Below are positions 50,501-64,000 of a DNA stretch of 64,000 nucleotides, one piece after another (the stretch's first letter is position 1; each line of letters opens with the position of its first letter). Source of the DNA: Podarcis tiliguerta (taxonomy: Eukaryota); assembly GCA_965153285.1 (NCBI GenBank), contig OZ229112.1; one strand, written 5' to 3'. The notes under the pieces are model-generated. The model ran no database searches. It saw only the letters and a program-made list of their open reading frames with translations, and was not told the DNA's origin. A program made the position numbers and the translations under genes.

Positions 50501-53244
50501 TTGGATTGGAATTGCAACCAGTATAAATAGAGCAACTCTCCAGGAAGCTGGGGAGGTCACTCAGTAGGATTGTTGGCATCTGCTGGAGAAAACCTTTGTG
50601 TGCCAGCCTCCTGGTGCTTTCAGACCGTAGCACAGCAGTGAGGAAAAGCAGAACTATTTCCATGCTACGAATTAAACATTTTCCTTGCCTATACATGTGC
50701 CTCAGTTCATACAGCTTATTCCTTCAAATAAAAGCATGCTTTTACAATAGCCCCAAAACATTATATACAGTAAGAATATCGAAGTCACTAACAGAAAGCC
50801 CTTAAAAAAATTCTGTTATCCCTAATTATCTCATAAATACAATTAATCAATCCTCAACATCACAACTGGCAAGTGTGATCTTTTACAGAAAAATGGAAGA
50901 GGAGGGAAAACATATTCCAAAGCTTTTTGATCTGTGGTGACCCATAGCACTGAATGCCACATGGAGGACAGCACCAATGGGGTCAAGTCCAAACAGTCTC
51001 TCGCCTCCATTAACCACAAAACATCACTTTGTATACCAACTTAAAACTTTAGGGGAAATCTAGGGTTAGACAGATCAGTCTGTTTCTGGTCAGTGTCAGT
51101 TTTGCACATGTTCACTCATAAGGTAATTCGGTTTTGTGTCTGCATCAATGAGTGATTAAAAATACAAACATGAACATTTATTTACATTATTTTCAAATGT
51201 ATTTGTGCACTTTTTAAAAGAAGAAAGTGCATACAAAAATGCAATTTATCCTACAAGGAATTTCTGTATGCATTTTAATGTGCAAGGTACATTGTCATAT
51301 GCAGTTCTGATCAAAGAACTGCACTGCAAAATTGACTACTAGGTGCAAAAATAATTACTGATTCTTGTCTGGGAAGTACAAATCAGGTTGGCTTGCTTAA
51401 GAATTCAGATCAAGCAACACCCTCAAGTATCTGTATCTAGAGATCATTACAAAAACTGAGATCATTCAACTTTCTCAGAAAATCAGATTATACATAAAAA
51501 ATAACCTCGTCTGAATAGAAGTAAATAATGTAGGGATTACTTTCTGAAACATTCCCATTCTTGGGGGTGGAATGTGAAAAGCAAAAGAGTTTCATTTGAT
51601 AATTAGGAAACTTACCAGCAATATATAAGTTATGTATATACTTGGAAACTTAATGGACTTCTATTATTTTCACCTGGAACAGGCTTTGTATATACCCTGA
51701 GCCACACCACACAAAATGGCTGCCACATGAAGACTGCTTGAAATCACTCTCCATGGCAACTGTTTGCATGTATTGAGCCTTTCATGTGCTGTGGCTCAGC
51801 ACACAAATCAGGAAGTTTCCTATGTCATTTTTAGTCTTAATTTTATTTTTTTTTAATTTGTCTTAGTGTCAAGAAAATTCTCTCTGTGTACCAATGGCAG
51901 GCAACATGTCAAGCAAATTAAGGCAGCTTCTAATGGACAGTTTTCATACCCACTGGCCATTAGAACTTGGCTAGACATATCAAAATCCTTCAATTATTTG
52001 TTTATTTAGTTATCACATTTGTATTCCATCTGTTCTCCAAAGAGTTTGGAGCAGCATATGTGGGGCTATCCAAACTTTTCCCCCCCCAGCAAACCAATGA
52101 GAGGCACAGGCTGGTTATGAAGTGTACAAGGCACAAGGTAACCACATACACTTTCGGCACAATATTTTGTAAATAATAATAATAATCCTGGAACTGTGAA
52201 TCTTTATTTCTTTTTAGTTAGGTCTATTTCTGCCATTCACTTTAATGAAACTGGTGTGAATAAAAATCTATTTCTACCATCTGTATTCATCCCTCAATTC
52301 TAAAACTAATTTACAACACATATATAACATTTGCCATGAAGCTCTTAGTACCTGCTTTTTAGTTCCAACTACATTTACCTTCATCTTTGTGAAACAATTT
52401 AAGTATAGAAATACTGTGTGTCGATTTTACATGTTTTCAGAATTTCATTCTCCTTAAAAAGCAAGCAATGTTTCTTCACTTACTATGATACTTTCATAAG
52501 ATGTGTGGCATTGAAGTTCCAAAGATTACTCTGTAACTTTTGAAAACTAAGAGAAGGAATTCCCAAAAAGCATTTGGCAAGATTGCCACTCTCTTAAATT
52601 TTTACCTGAGCAAGCCATAAGAGTTCAAGAAGCTTATTGTGAATCTAATGTTCCAGGAGTGCAGAGTCAACAGATTTCAAAAGATTATATCAAGAGTGGA
52701 TTAGAAAGTATTAAAACATGCCTTGCTGTTCAGATCAAAAGTTCATCTGTTTCAAACTGCGGCCTGGTAGATGCCCAAGAAAGCTTATAGCTCAGCAAGT
52801 TGGTGAAAGCCACCATCAACTAGTACAGAGAGGTATACTTGTTTTTTTCAATGTTCATTTTTACATGAAATAAAATGTATATTTGTCACATTTATACACC
52901 ATTCCTCCTCCAAGAAAAACATGGTAGCTTACATATGGTTCTTAGTTTGTCTCTTATCTGGACGTTTCTCAAAGTCTGATCCCTTTAGCTTCAGCAGTTG
53001 AACTGTATTGTGTGCCTTAAGAATATATTATTTGGTCCTCTTAGGGGGGAAAACAGCAGGTGCCACTACTACCTGCCCTCTCTCTCTAGGATTGGGTCCC
53101 CTTTCTGCCTGCCTGTCTGCACAGAAGACAGAGTCAATTGCATTGGTTGCTTCTGCCACTGATTGATCACCTGCTCAAGTGGGCAAGCAAAGAACGAGCA
53201 ATGAGTGTGGGTCAGAGCAACGGCCAACATTCACTCAACAGTAC

Positions 53245-54271
53245 TGTCCTGGGAGGTTTGTGCTAGTGCCGTACTGAAGCCTGTCCTCTAGCTTCTCAGA
53301 AGTTTACTTTCCCTGCAAAATGGGCTTCTATTTTTCTGCCTTCTTCTCAGGGCACTTTTGAATTTCTTCAGAAGTGCCCTGAGAAGACGACGGGGAGGAA
53401 GAAGAGGATCCCAAAGAAGGGTGTAGCCATGACTGGTACACCTCAGGGCAAGCTGGGAATGGAGGAGGAGAGGTTGGGGGCACAGAAAGTACTCACAGGG
53501 CAACAGAAGATGGTGAGGGGATGGGAGTCAGTGCACAGGAACCAGAGGAGCAGGATCCATTACCAGAGCCAGAAGAGTCCCCGTCTCCATGAACATGGCA
53601 GGCTCTGAGGCATAGGGAGCAGAGGGAGGTACACTCTAGGAGGCTGAGGCAGGCAAGGGCCCATAGCCCAGCTTCCTAGCTGGCCAGGTGGGGCTCACTA
53701 GCTCTGGGAGGAGGGGTGTGATTTCTCAGCTGGATTAGGCTCAGGACAGGTGAGGGTCACATGCCTCATCAAGCCCAGATGCTGCAATCAAGATTCAATG
53801 GATAAAAGGGAAGCAGAGCTGAGGTGCTGTGTCTGCTCAACTTCCCATGTTGAGGGACCATGGCTTGGGTATCCTGGGAGTACCACAATTTATTCATTTT
53901 GTTTATTGAATTTATATATTGCCCTGTGCTCACAGGTCTCAGGGCAGTTCACAGGATAAAATCAGGATATAAAACCATGAAGTACATAATCAAAATTAAA
54001 ACAACAACCACCCAGTAACACCCCCACCACATTTTTAAATAGCATAGGATGTCAATTGTGCTTTTCAGGACTGAAATCCAGGTTCCCTGGCCCTGGATAG
54101 GCTGCAGAGGTGGGAACCTGGCTTGACTGTTGGACTATGGACTTGGCTTGCTGTATTGAACCTGGACTGTGTTTCCTGACCTGTCAGATTGCTGGAGTAC
54201 GTGCTAGCATTTGCCCTTGGAACTGTATACACCAGCTGGACGGGTCTCCAGGTACGGTGGGGTTCAGGACA
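53245..54271 (+). mobile_element. Possible solo LTR interrupted by an L2 tail
   Basis: Termini TGTCCTG...CAGGACA (TG..CA inverted), GC-rich relative to flanks, TATA-like gataaaaggg at about 53801. No TSD found. Confidence 0.35.
53888..54056 (-). mobile_element. Older L2 3' tail
   Basis: tttattgaatttatatattgccctg...ggtctcagggcagttcacaggataaaatc is the reverse complement of 25680-25778. Confidence 0.7.
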
Positions 54272-56585
54272 CAAAGAGTTACCTCACAGTGCCTTCTCCG
54301 AAGCTTTAATTGAGTCATGGGAAGGCAGGGAGGCTGCCTACCAAATGTCTGAGATTGACAAACTCTCTGGTTTTGTTTTTAAGAGGAGTCCTTCCTTGAG
54401 CCTTATGGGGGGAAAGCTTTGAACACTGATGCTTGTTAAAATAAAAAGACTTCGCTTAAAAGCCAACAATGGCCAGCTTGCAGGTGCACAGTTAGCATCT
54501 TCCCTGCTTTCTTGTGCTCACAGGAAATCCCAGTTGTGGATGTCATAGGGTTTTTTTGGAAAGGAAAGCACCTGGGAAGACTGCAGAGTGCAGCCCACCA
54601 AAGGACTGATTGGCAGAATAATACAAAGGACACTTGAAAATGCCTGTTGTCTCAAGTAAGGTAAAGTAAGGTAAGCACCCAACCATGATAATTTCACTGA
54701 ACTCTTCTCTTTTTGATAATTTTTGAAGGCAATTTCTTTTCTCATTAATTGATGGAGAATAGTTTTGGGGTTGTTGCTTTTTTAAGAAACACAGGACAAA
54801 TTTCTGGCACTCTTCCCACTCTATCAGTTCAGCGAGCAAGAGGGCATGCAATCTGTAGCAGCAGAAAGCACAGCTGTCAGTGCCAGCCAGAAGAGGGCAG
54901 ATGAGTGATTATCACTGTTCTTTCTGCTGATGCAATCACTAGGCCACCCAACACAATTGGGTGAGTAGGTGGGGAGGGGTAGCTTGGAGCAGCCACTGCC
55001 ACTTGCCCTCTCTGCCTGTGGGGTAGTAGCAGGGCATGGATGGGGGAAAGAGGGGGTACTGTGTCCTGTTCTTTGTCTCCAGCAACTGAGAATCCAAAGT
55101 ATACCAAACATTAAGATTCTATTCTTGCACTAATTCTACTATTCAAGTCATGTAAGAGCTTCAGGGATATCTATATATATTTACAGAAAGGTAGGTGCAC
55201 TAGGCAAGTCTATCCCTGATGATCAGAGAATGAGATCAAGTGAACTGCTTTATAGATGTTTGTTTAGCGATAAGTTACAGGGGAATCATTACCTCCACAT
55301 AATTACATCTCACCACTGACAAGTCGTAACACGTGTGTTAAGTTGTACACTGATTTCCTGAGACTGTTGTGCAGTCCAATTGTGCTGGTAGGCTCAGCAG
55401 TCCTTTAGCTTTATATCCAATTAATTCTGAAAGATAGCAAGTTCTCCAATGAACACTAAATAAATAAAATCAATAACTAAATGGCTGTTTGGAGAGTATA
55501 ATACATGATGGCTTTGCTAACATCTTCCAATAGTTCAGGTTTACTTATTTTTCCCATGTGATGCATGCCTCTTGCAACAGTGTACAACTTCAGCTCCTTT
55601 TGACAGCATCTACTTAATCACTTTAAGTGGGTTTATGATCACACACAAGAGAAACAATTTAATCCCCTGATTTTTATCCTTTGTAACCTCATAGAAACTA
55701 GTGGAAGCACATGGCGGGTAAGGTCTCTTTATATCATGCCAAAGTCACATGGAAGGAACATCCCCAAAGGAGTGCCATTCTGGCTTCACTGTTGTCGGTG
55801 ATGGTTTTACCCTTTTGAATGTTGATAGTGATGAGGTCATCACTCACCCCTTCTGTAAACTATCATCATCGCCATCAATGATTTATTAGCTGCATTCTAA
55901 ACGACTGTTGCAAGGCAATGTACAACAAATATAATTAAAGCCAGTTTAGGAATACAAAAACAGCAAGTAGATTTTAAAAAAGCTAAAAACACTTGTGGTA
56001 AAGACCCATTTTTCCAGCTGGGAAATCTGTCAGAACAATGCTGTCTTCAATTGTTTCCAGAAGTGTAGATACCAGGCACTTATTGTATCTTGACAGGAAT
56101 CCTATTCACATAACTGGGGCAGCCATGCTAAAAGCTGTGCTTCAAGTTACTGTAGAGAGGGCTTCTGTGATCTTTGGAACTTGCAAGAGAAACTCTCCCA
56201 CAGCAAGGCTGAGTTATAAAAATGTAGAGTTCTGCTAGTTTTATTTATGTAATGGTGCTTAGGGCTTAAGACTGTCAAATGAAAAACATCCTCCCCTTTC
56301 CAGGCCGAGACCTTTTATCTACTTTATGCTCTAACAAAGGGGAAGTATTTGGGTACCATCTACGAATGCAGATGCTTGAAGAAATATGCCCAGATTAGAG
56401 GCCCAAATCTTCTACTCTGCCAGCAATCTATTTTCCAATTCAGGGCCAGAGGAGCAACAACAGCAGTTGCAGACCTTAGAACACTCTGAGGTGGCTTTAG
56501 CAGGTACAGTGTACAGAACTATTCCTGCCACTCTCCAGAGGAGGAAGAGGCATATGATAGCCATATTTCACCAAAAAGTGGAAGA

Positions 56586-57115
56586 AGTATAGTGTCCAGA
56601 TCAAGGGAAGTAATAGTACCATTCTATTCTGCCTTGGTCAGACCACACCAGGAATACTGTACCCAGTTCTGGGTGCCACAATTCAGGAAGGATATTGACA
56701 AGCTGGAATGTATGCAGAGGAGGGTGACCAAGATGATCAAGGGTCTGGAAACCAAGCCTTATGAGGAACGGTTGAGGGAGTTGGGTATGTTTAGCTTTGT
56801 ACAGAGGAAACTGAGAGGAGATACGATAGCCATCTTCAAATATCTAAACGGCTGTCTTATGGAAGATGGAGCAAGCTTGTTTTCTCCTGCCCTGGAAGAT
56901 AGGACTCAATCCAATGAAAAGTTACAAGAAAGGATATTCCAACTAAACATCAAGAAGAAAATTCTGCCAGTAAGAGCTATTCAACAGTGGGATGGACTCC
57001 CTTGGGAGGTTGCAGACTCTCCATCCTCTGCTTAAAAACCTCCAAGGAAGGATAGTCATCTGTCATGGATGCTTTAGCTGAGATTCCTGCACTGCAGCTC
57101 TACAATTCTATGATT
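56586..57115 (+). mobile_element. CR1 LINE 3' fragment (older subfamily) with micro-inversion and 3' UTR deletion
   Basis: [25 protein letters not shown]...[10 protein letters not shown]...; tail ctctacaattctatgatt. Confidence 0.9.
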
Positions 57116-60100
57116 AATCAGGGGTTGCCCATCACCTTCTGCTGCCTGGGGTAAAGGACAAATGGGCTTCCCTAATCCCACATACAGCTGAGTATCAGCT
57201 GACCACAGTGGTATTGCAATAGCATCCACAATCACACCTACACCTGAAGACAGCAAGCTAGTTTAGGGAGCATAGATCATTTTACTATTTTCCAACACCT
57301 AGTCATTGCCACCTAGACCAAGCAACCACTGCTGAGGTGGCCATTTCACTCTATTTGTAGAGCTCTAAGATTAATTGAGAAGTTGGAACAGTTGCTTCCC
57401 CTACCCATCGTGCTCTTTTCTTGAACCACCATAATAATAAAACAGGCACGTGAAGGCTCTCGTGACAGCAAGATATAGCTTTTCCCTCTGGAACCATAGT
57501 ACGATGACACAGCTGGACATTTCTCACTTAAGTGGTTATGCAGTAGCCATCCTACTGCCTCACTAGTGTGAAATCCAGTAATGTCTCTAGCTACATTGAA
57601 AACAAAGGAAAAGAAAGATGTCCCAAAAGCAGCCATGATCTTCATTTTCCCAAGTTTGTCAACGTGTCTAGACAAAGTAGTCTCTGAGGTGGGTGTTACT
57701 GTAGTCCTCAACTGATGTCAACAGTTTCCACAAGCAAGACCAATGGATGGGTTGCAGAGTTATGATGAGTGATTGATTCTCTTAGTCATATTTTTTGAAT
57801 TTAGTTAGCTCTTTGACAGGAAGATTTTCTTTCTAACAAGTCCGCCAAATTACTGGATCCAAAGTGCCCTCTGACTCCCTGAAAAGAAAAGAAAACCTAA
57901 AAGCACAAAGCAAAAAATGAAACTTGCTACAAGCAGAATTTCAAAGAACTACTACATCAAAGAATATTACATCCCAGACAAAGCCTTAATTAAGATCATT
58001 TCAAAATGTGGTTCCAATACATGATTCACCCTTGTATTGTAGAACTATATAAGTCACAAAGAGCTTCATATACTGAAAACAATGTTCTCAAGAGACTGCT
58101 GCTTCAGCAGTATTCCCTCTCCATTTCTTTCCTATTAGATCTTAAATACTTTAAGAACAAGAGTAGGAAAGCACGGTATTAAAGCTAAATTAAAGAGCAT
58201 TCTCGAGGTTTCATGAATTTGTCTCTTATTAATTAGTAGATCTTCTGGACTGGGTTTATCCATGTTCTGAAAGTTAACGTATAAATTAATTCTGCAACTT
58301 CTTGGCCTCCGTCTTGGGAGACAATGGAACAGTGATCCTTCAGGGGTAAAGCCAAACCATTGGAGAGTTACAGTGCCTGCTGTGGCTGTAGAGACTGATA
58401 AGGGAGAGATGTTATTACAGATTAGCTTTCCTTTTAAAAAGCCTTCAAAGCCATGTTTGAAAACAAACTTAATGGGAATACATGGACAGGACCTGAAGAA
58501 GTGTGGCTGGTTGCAGGAACTAGGTTTCATTCATTTATTTCCAGAATTTAGATCCGGCCAAACAGCCAGGAATGTCTCCTATGCTGGGCAATGATTAAAA
58601 GACTAAAATACGAATTTAAATCAATATAATTTAAAATGATAGTGACGTGCAGACCTTCCTCAAGGTTAGGGGGAAAAACTGGTTGTTCTGGAACCCAGTT
58701 CCATATTTGGAAACCCTATTGCACTCCAGATGACATCACTGACCACTTCCCAGGCATGGCAGTGTCTACAGCATAAGAGATTTAAGGCTTGAGAAGCCCC
58801 CTACTTCTCCTCCTCTGGTGCCTGGAATGTTAGCACCCTAGGTGATGGGACCATGGGAAAACAATTTCATCTCCCAGAATTCCTGGGGCAAGCATATCCC
58901 AGAATATTTCTAGGTATCTCTAGAACTCTCTATCCACTACTGCTATTGAGGCAGCCACCAGGTAACTAGAAAGGGTACAAAAGAAGAGCCAGGGAGGAGG
59001 CTTTTTTAGGCCTAGATTATGCTAAATCCTGCCGGAAAATAATTTAGGGGGAAATGGCACTCAATTTGGGATAAGGCTAAGCATTACAAATTCACATGCC
59101 AAACAATCTTTAACCACAGCAAATTTGGCAGCATCACTTTAAAAATAAAATAAGCAAATTATGCTTTAAACAAATAAACAGCAAGAAGGTCTAGTGTCTT
59201 TACAGTAACCACTGACAGTCAGATTAAGTCTAACTTTTGCCATTTGTGCCCTGCCCTCCTGTGAAAAGGCTAACTGATTAGCAGACTTTGATTTATGTCA
59301 TGTGGTAGAAGAGATTGAGCAATGTTAAAAACCATTGGGACTCTGGATATGGGAGATGCCAAGAAAATGGCCATGTTCCTTGTCTAACAGAGTTGTGAAG
59401 AGAGAAGTATGTTAAATTGAAGTAGTGCTCCCTTTGTAAGTAAATGGCACAAAGAACAGTAGCTCCTAATTGTGTCAATTGGGAAGAAAAATTATGACGA
59501 ATTAGTACAAATCAAGGAGCATGGATAGGTGACATTAAATCAAGACAATGCGACTCATGCAGCTGATAAAATGCAGAACCCAAAATGTGCTGGTCTTTTT
59601 GTTAGTATTCTTTGATAATATTTTCAACTGTCTGTCCTTCTAGCTGTTTTGAACTTCCTTGGAAAGAAAAATGCCACAGATAATTTAAAAACCAATACAA
59701 GTAAATAATTTAGCATTTTCCACCATCCATGTTATGTCATTAAGCAACACAGAGAGAGCAGGTTCACACAAACGTGTCTCCGTAATTTGATTCCTCTACA
59801 CTTGACTGGACACTTCATTAAAAACTGCCATGCAGATGATTTGTGTTGATATAAAACATCTGCCTGTTATGTAATGGCACATTCACCTATGCAAGCTATC
59901 ACTTTCCTATGCCTGCTGCTCTAGAAGCGGCTGTGGTGGCAAGTGGCTTTTGCAGCCGCACAGGGGAATGAGGGAGGTCTGACAAAAGGCACTGTCACAT
60001 GCTGCACCAATGCTAGGGAGAGGGTAGGACCAATGTGAGCTACTTAAGCCCTTTCAGCCCCTGACCTCTTCATTCATTGGGCTACCGCCACTTCCGACCC

Positions 60101-61359
60101 TACTAGCAGTGCAGGCAGTGGCTGATTAGCATTTAGTGGACAGAGTAGGAATGTTTTGTTTGTCAGCTGATTGGCTTTGCTGTCAGAAGTTTTCACCTAC
60201 TCTATGCTGATGTGTGATGGCTGTATATAGTGGGTGGTAGTCATTAAATAGGTTAATTGGCCCCATTGGCAGATAGGTGCAGGAAGTTATGAGGTAGATA
60301 AGGTTTGGTGGCACCCTTAGGCACCTGGAAAGTTGTCTTGACACCTGCCTTCAGGTTGGCCCCAAAGGTGTCTCGGGGTCAGAAAGTTTCTGTGCCCACA
60401 TGCTTAACGCAGCTCCTGAATGGGGGGGGGGGGGGGAATGTAAAGCATGTTTTTGCTTACCACTATTGTGATAAAACATACAACTGAAAAACATGGAACA
60501 CAAAAGGAATTGTAGTGCCAAACAAGATGACCAACCATACTTACAAGGAGCCATCGTTGTTTGTCATGAAAAGTGATTCTTGACAGGAGGTGGCTTGTAG
60601 TTTGGCAGGAACGTCACTCCCTTTTACATGCTGACATTTGTGCTGAAAATTAAACTTCACAGAAAACTGCCATGATCAACAGGTAGCTGCCTGCCCATTG
60701 GGTTTCCTGCACATGACTAAAGTGCCTAAGACATCATACCTGTTTTCAAAAGAACAGTTTTTGAGTTCTGTAATCATTATGCCTGCCCAACTGAAGAATT
60801 ATGTAGCATGTAGGGAAATTATTCCAGATGGGAAATATAAACGTAGGATTTGTCTAAAGTGGTTACATAGGAGACTCATATAAGGCATTATAAAAGGCAG
60901 CTTTGCCAAGTTTCAAATGAAGTTTCTTTCTTATAGCACTGTTAATCACCATATAAACATCCCCAGTGGTATAAATCTCTCACTGGGGGCAAATTAAGGG
61001 AGTGGGAATGTTTCCAGTTTAATGGGTTTGATTTGGCTACTATATCATGGAATGTTCTAAGAAATTGGCTATAAACCAATTCAGTAAGAAACACACACGA
61101 AAAATAATCCAAACAACCTATAGACAAGTGAAAAATAGGTCCATTCCTTTAAACATACTTTTTGTGCCAGGAGAATGGACAGAAGTAATGGGAAGAGCAA
61201 GCAGAGGATAGACTGGCAGGGTTGAAAAGCTGGCAAACCCTGCAGATTGCTTCATTTAAAATAACAATCAAAGGATTAACTCTTGGTTTCTGTTTGCAGC
61301 AACTCAGTAGGTTGTAGTAAAACCTGTCCCTACTCAAAATATTCTACCAATGAGATTTA

Positions 61360-61968
61360 CAGACATTTCACAGACTCAGGCAATTGTACCGTTGGAAGGC
61401 ACCCCAAGGGGCATCTCCTCCAACTCCCTGCAATGAAGGAAGCAAAGCTACAGAATACCTGCCCAAGGGCCAGCCAACATCTGTTTTTAAAAACCCAATG
61501 AAGGAGGGTCTAGCACCTTCTGAGGTAAGATCTGAGGTATATTTAATCAACCTCAACTCGCCTTTAGGTCAGCATACACTATTAAAAGAGTCTAAATTTA
61601 GAAATAGGGCATTGAATAATTTGTTGTGGCTATAACATGGAAAATCCTGCATCTCTAAAGCTGACCTTCAGGTGCAATCATTCTCTGTTGACAGTTTATT
61701 TCCCTTTGCTTTATTTGTTTCTGTTCCTTCATCCCAAATGGATTCCACTTGCAGACATACAAATAATGATTCCCTGTCCTCTGTGTTGCTACCCTTGAAA
61801 ATCTTGTAAACTGTTCACATATCTTCTTTAGTCATTCTTTTTTTTTTCCAAAGCAAGGAAGCTTTAGTTCTTGTACTCATTGCTCATAAATCAATCAATC
61901 CCCTCAGACCTTTAATCATGCTTATTTCTCTCCTTTGAATCCTTTCCAATTTGTCAACATCATTCCTA
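61360..61968 (-). mobile_element. Degraded CR1 fragments
   Basis: CR1 3' end gttggaaggcaccccaaggggcatctcctccaac and ORF2 remnant cccctcagacctttaatcat...cctttccaatttgtcaacatc. Confidence 0.55.
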
Positions 61969-62185
61969 TTCAGACAGACCCAGAAGGGAACACGATATTT
62001 TAGAAACGTTCTCCTGGCTCTGAAAAGAGAAAAATGGCTGCTTCACACAAATAAACTGAAGGTTTGGTTCGGATATTTCAGCATTACCAAGAATATCAAA
62101 TGCAGAGTTTGGAGAGTTGAAAAGTAATCTTGCAAGGCACAATGTATTCTCTAGCTTGTTTGCCACATGGCTGAGCTTTTGGAAG

Positions 62186-62715
62186 CAGTCAGAGAGGAGG
62201 GCGCCAGGTCTCAAGAGTTAGGTGCCGTGTCAGGGGGTCAGAGTCAAGGGTTCAAGCCAATCAGCGGCCTAGCTAGCCGCTTGGGTGCTGGTGTGGCACA
62301 CACGTCCTGCAGCTGGGGGCGGAGTGAGCCACCTATGGGGGTGGGGCACACTGCGTGGAGCCTCTCCGCAGCCTCCCCCTCAGCTGTAGGGTGGCTGAGG
62401 GAGAGGCGGCGGGCAGACGAAAGCTCCACGCTGCCGTTTCAGGCAGCGCCGAGCCTGCAGGCGCTCAAACCACCACATCACTCCCAGGAGAGATGCATGG
62501 CTCAGGCATGCTGCAGCCCCCACGGTATGTGCAGGCCCCCGTGGTGTGGCACCCAGTGCCAGCCGCGTTTCATTGCATTTGTTGACTGAACTAAAAGGTT
62601 TCATGAGCCCAATTTTTATTTTTTTAAACTCATTTTTGTCATTTTGTCACCCCCACCCTCAATGATGACACCCGGACCAGCCCACACCTACCGCACCCGG
62701 CTTCCTCTGCCACTG
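62186..62715. mobile_element. GC/CpG-rich non-autonomous DNA-transposon-like repeat
   Basis: Abrupt GC/CpG-rich block ending in tgtcaccccc...cttcctctgccactg, a squamate MITE-type end from recall; the left TIR is degenerate. Confidence 0.4.
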
Positions 62716-64000
62716 AAGCCAAGTGTCAGAGCAGAGGAGCAACATTAGGAGTCACAGGAGAAGAATGAGAAAGCCAAAGGATGCAGCAAAAGGTCCTAGA
62801 GCCATGAGGAACACTTGCTGTGCAAGCAAAATCTCAGCCCAAGTTAGAAGCATTTTCTGTGTCTTCCTGGAAGGGCTCAATAGTCAGTGTGGATAGGTGG
62901 GGCCGTTCAAAAGCCTGAGAATCCTACACTGTCTAGGGAGATGCTCAAAACTGCAGTTCTGTGGCTCATCATATGGGGCAGCTGTGCAGACAGCCAAGTG
63001 CTTCGGGTACACTGACAGGTACAACATCACATATTCTGTAACCCGGCAAACCTCTTTACAAGCACACAGGCGATAGCACAAGAGCAGTAAAGCAGTTTCC
63101 CCTCTTTTCATTTCTTTTCCTTAACTACATCTCCTGCCTGACATCATTTTTAACTCGGCAGAACTTCAAAGGATCATAGGATCGCATGTTACTCAAACAA
63201 AATGCCACTAGACATACAATTCTTCCTATGTATTCTGTTGGAATGGATTCTCTATGCACCTCCCTATGTGTAATAATGTTCCAACCAAGAGCCTGCAAGC
63301 AAATCCATCCACTTTCTAAGCCTGAACCACTTGGCTTGAACAGGAAGAGAAGGCACCTCACATAGAGGGAGAGCCTGCATCTGGCCCCTGGGCCTGAGGT
63401 CCACCACCTCTTCTGCGCTGCAATCCATTTTTACAGAGTATTGCACCACAAGATGAAAAATACATGCCGTTCCTCTGTAGTCTGCTTAAAGAAATGCACC
63501 CCAATGTAGTCCCAAACCATGTCGATAGGTACTACTAGGGGTAAAAATGCAAAAGGATTCAAATTCATCTCCAGAACAAAGATTCATGCACTAGAATAAA
63601 TTTAAACTGATGCTATTTAGTAAAGGATTCATAAATTCTTACACTTTTCTAAACGCATCTCTTGCATTCCAAAAGTCATTATGCTGTATAAAATGATTAT
63701 TTCCAAAGCAGCATTACTATGAATTATCACCATTGCTGCCTAGCAACGAGCATCTTTTCTTTTCTTTTTTTAACACTAAGCTGTATAAACTAGTATCTGG
63801 AATTTGTGCAAATGTGTATTCATTTGAAGACCGCAGAGACACATTCATCTTAGAAATCAGACACAGATAATATAACACATTTAGAGAAACAAAGCAGCAG
63901 CAACCATTTCCACACATATCTTAGTAAAAATCTTCTCATTACTGCCTTAACTAAGTTCTGTAAAGCTTAGTTATGACAGACTGCATTTTTTTTATCTTCT

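Noticed and set aside
37182-64000. Upstream KIF26B motor exon (RSRLHLIDLGS...NGSKHIPY)
   Set aside because: Not found in the ORF track or by eye. It probably lies beyond the window, though a manual miss cannot be fully excluded; TBLASTN would settle it.

Overview
This is vertebrate genomic DNA from a squamate reptile, most likely a lacertid lizard, judging by the Sauria SINE and Squam3 SINE subtypes and the CR1/L2 families. The window holds the 3' part of KIF26B (kinesin-11 family) on the minus strand. Five coding exons are present (37181-37019, 34231-30826, 16340-16141, 14596-14446, 13067-12919; exons 11-15 by human numbering from recall). All have GT-AG junctions with matching phases and give one frame ending ...CFDITSGRR*. 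The proximal 3' UTR carries seed matches for miR-17/20 (and miR-302), miR-15/16, miR-124 and miR-29, and ends at an AATAAA that sits in an 8-bp hairpin. Positions 37182-64000 are one large intron (no upstream motor exon found); 1-12200 is distal UTR or intergenic. The rest is ordinary squamate repeat content: CR1 and L2 fragments, SINEs, Tc1/mariner- and hAT-like MITEs, a possible solo LTR and microsatellites. I found no convincing new biological system. The best second-look items are the miRNA-site and hairpin-PAS architecture, a diverged intronic duplication that retains TF motifs, a 27-bp micro-inversion in a CR1, a near-identical inverted CR1 pair bracketing the last five exons, and an ultra-short L2 insertion that seeded a microsatellite.
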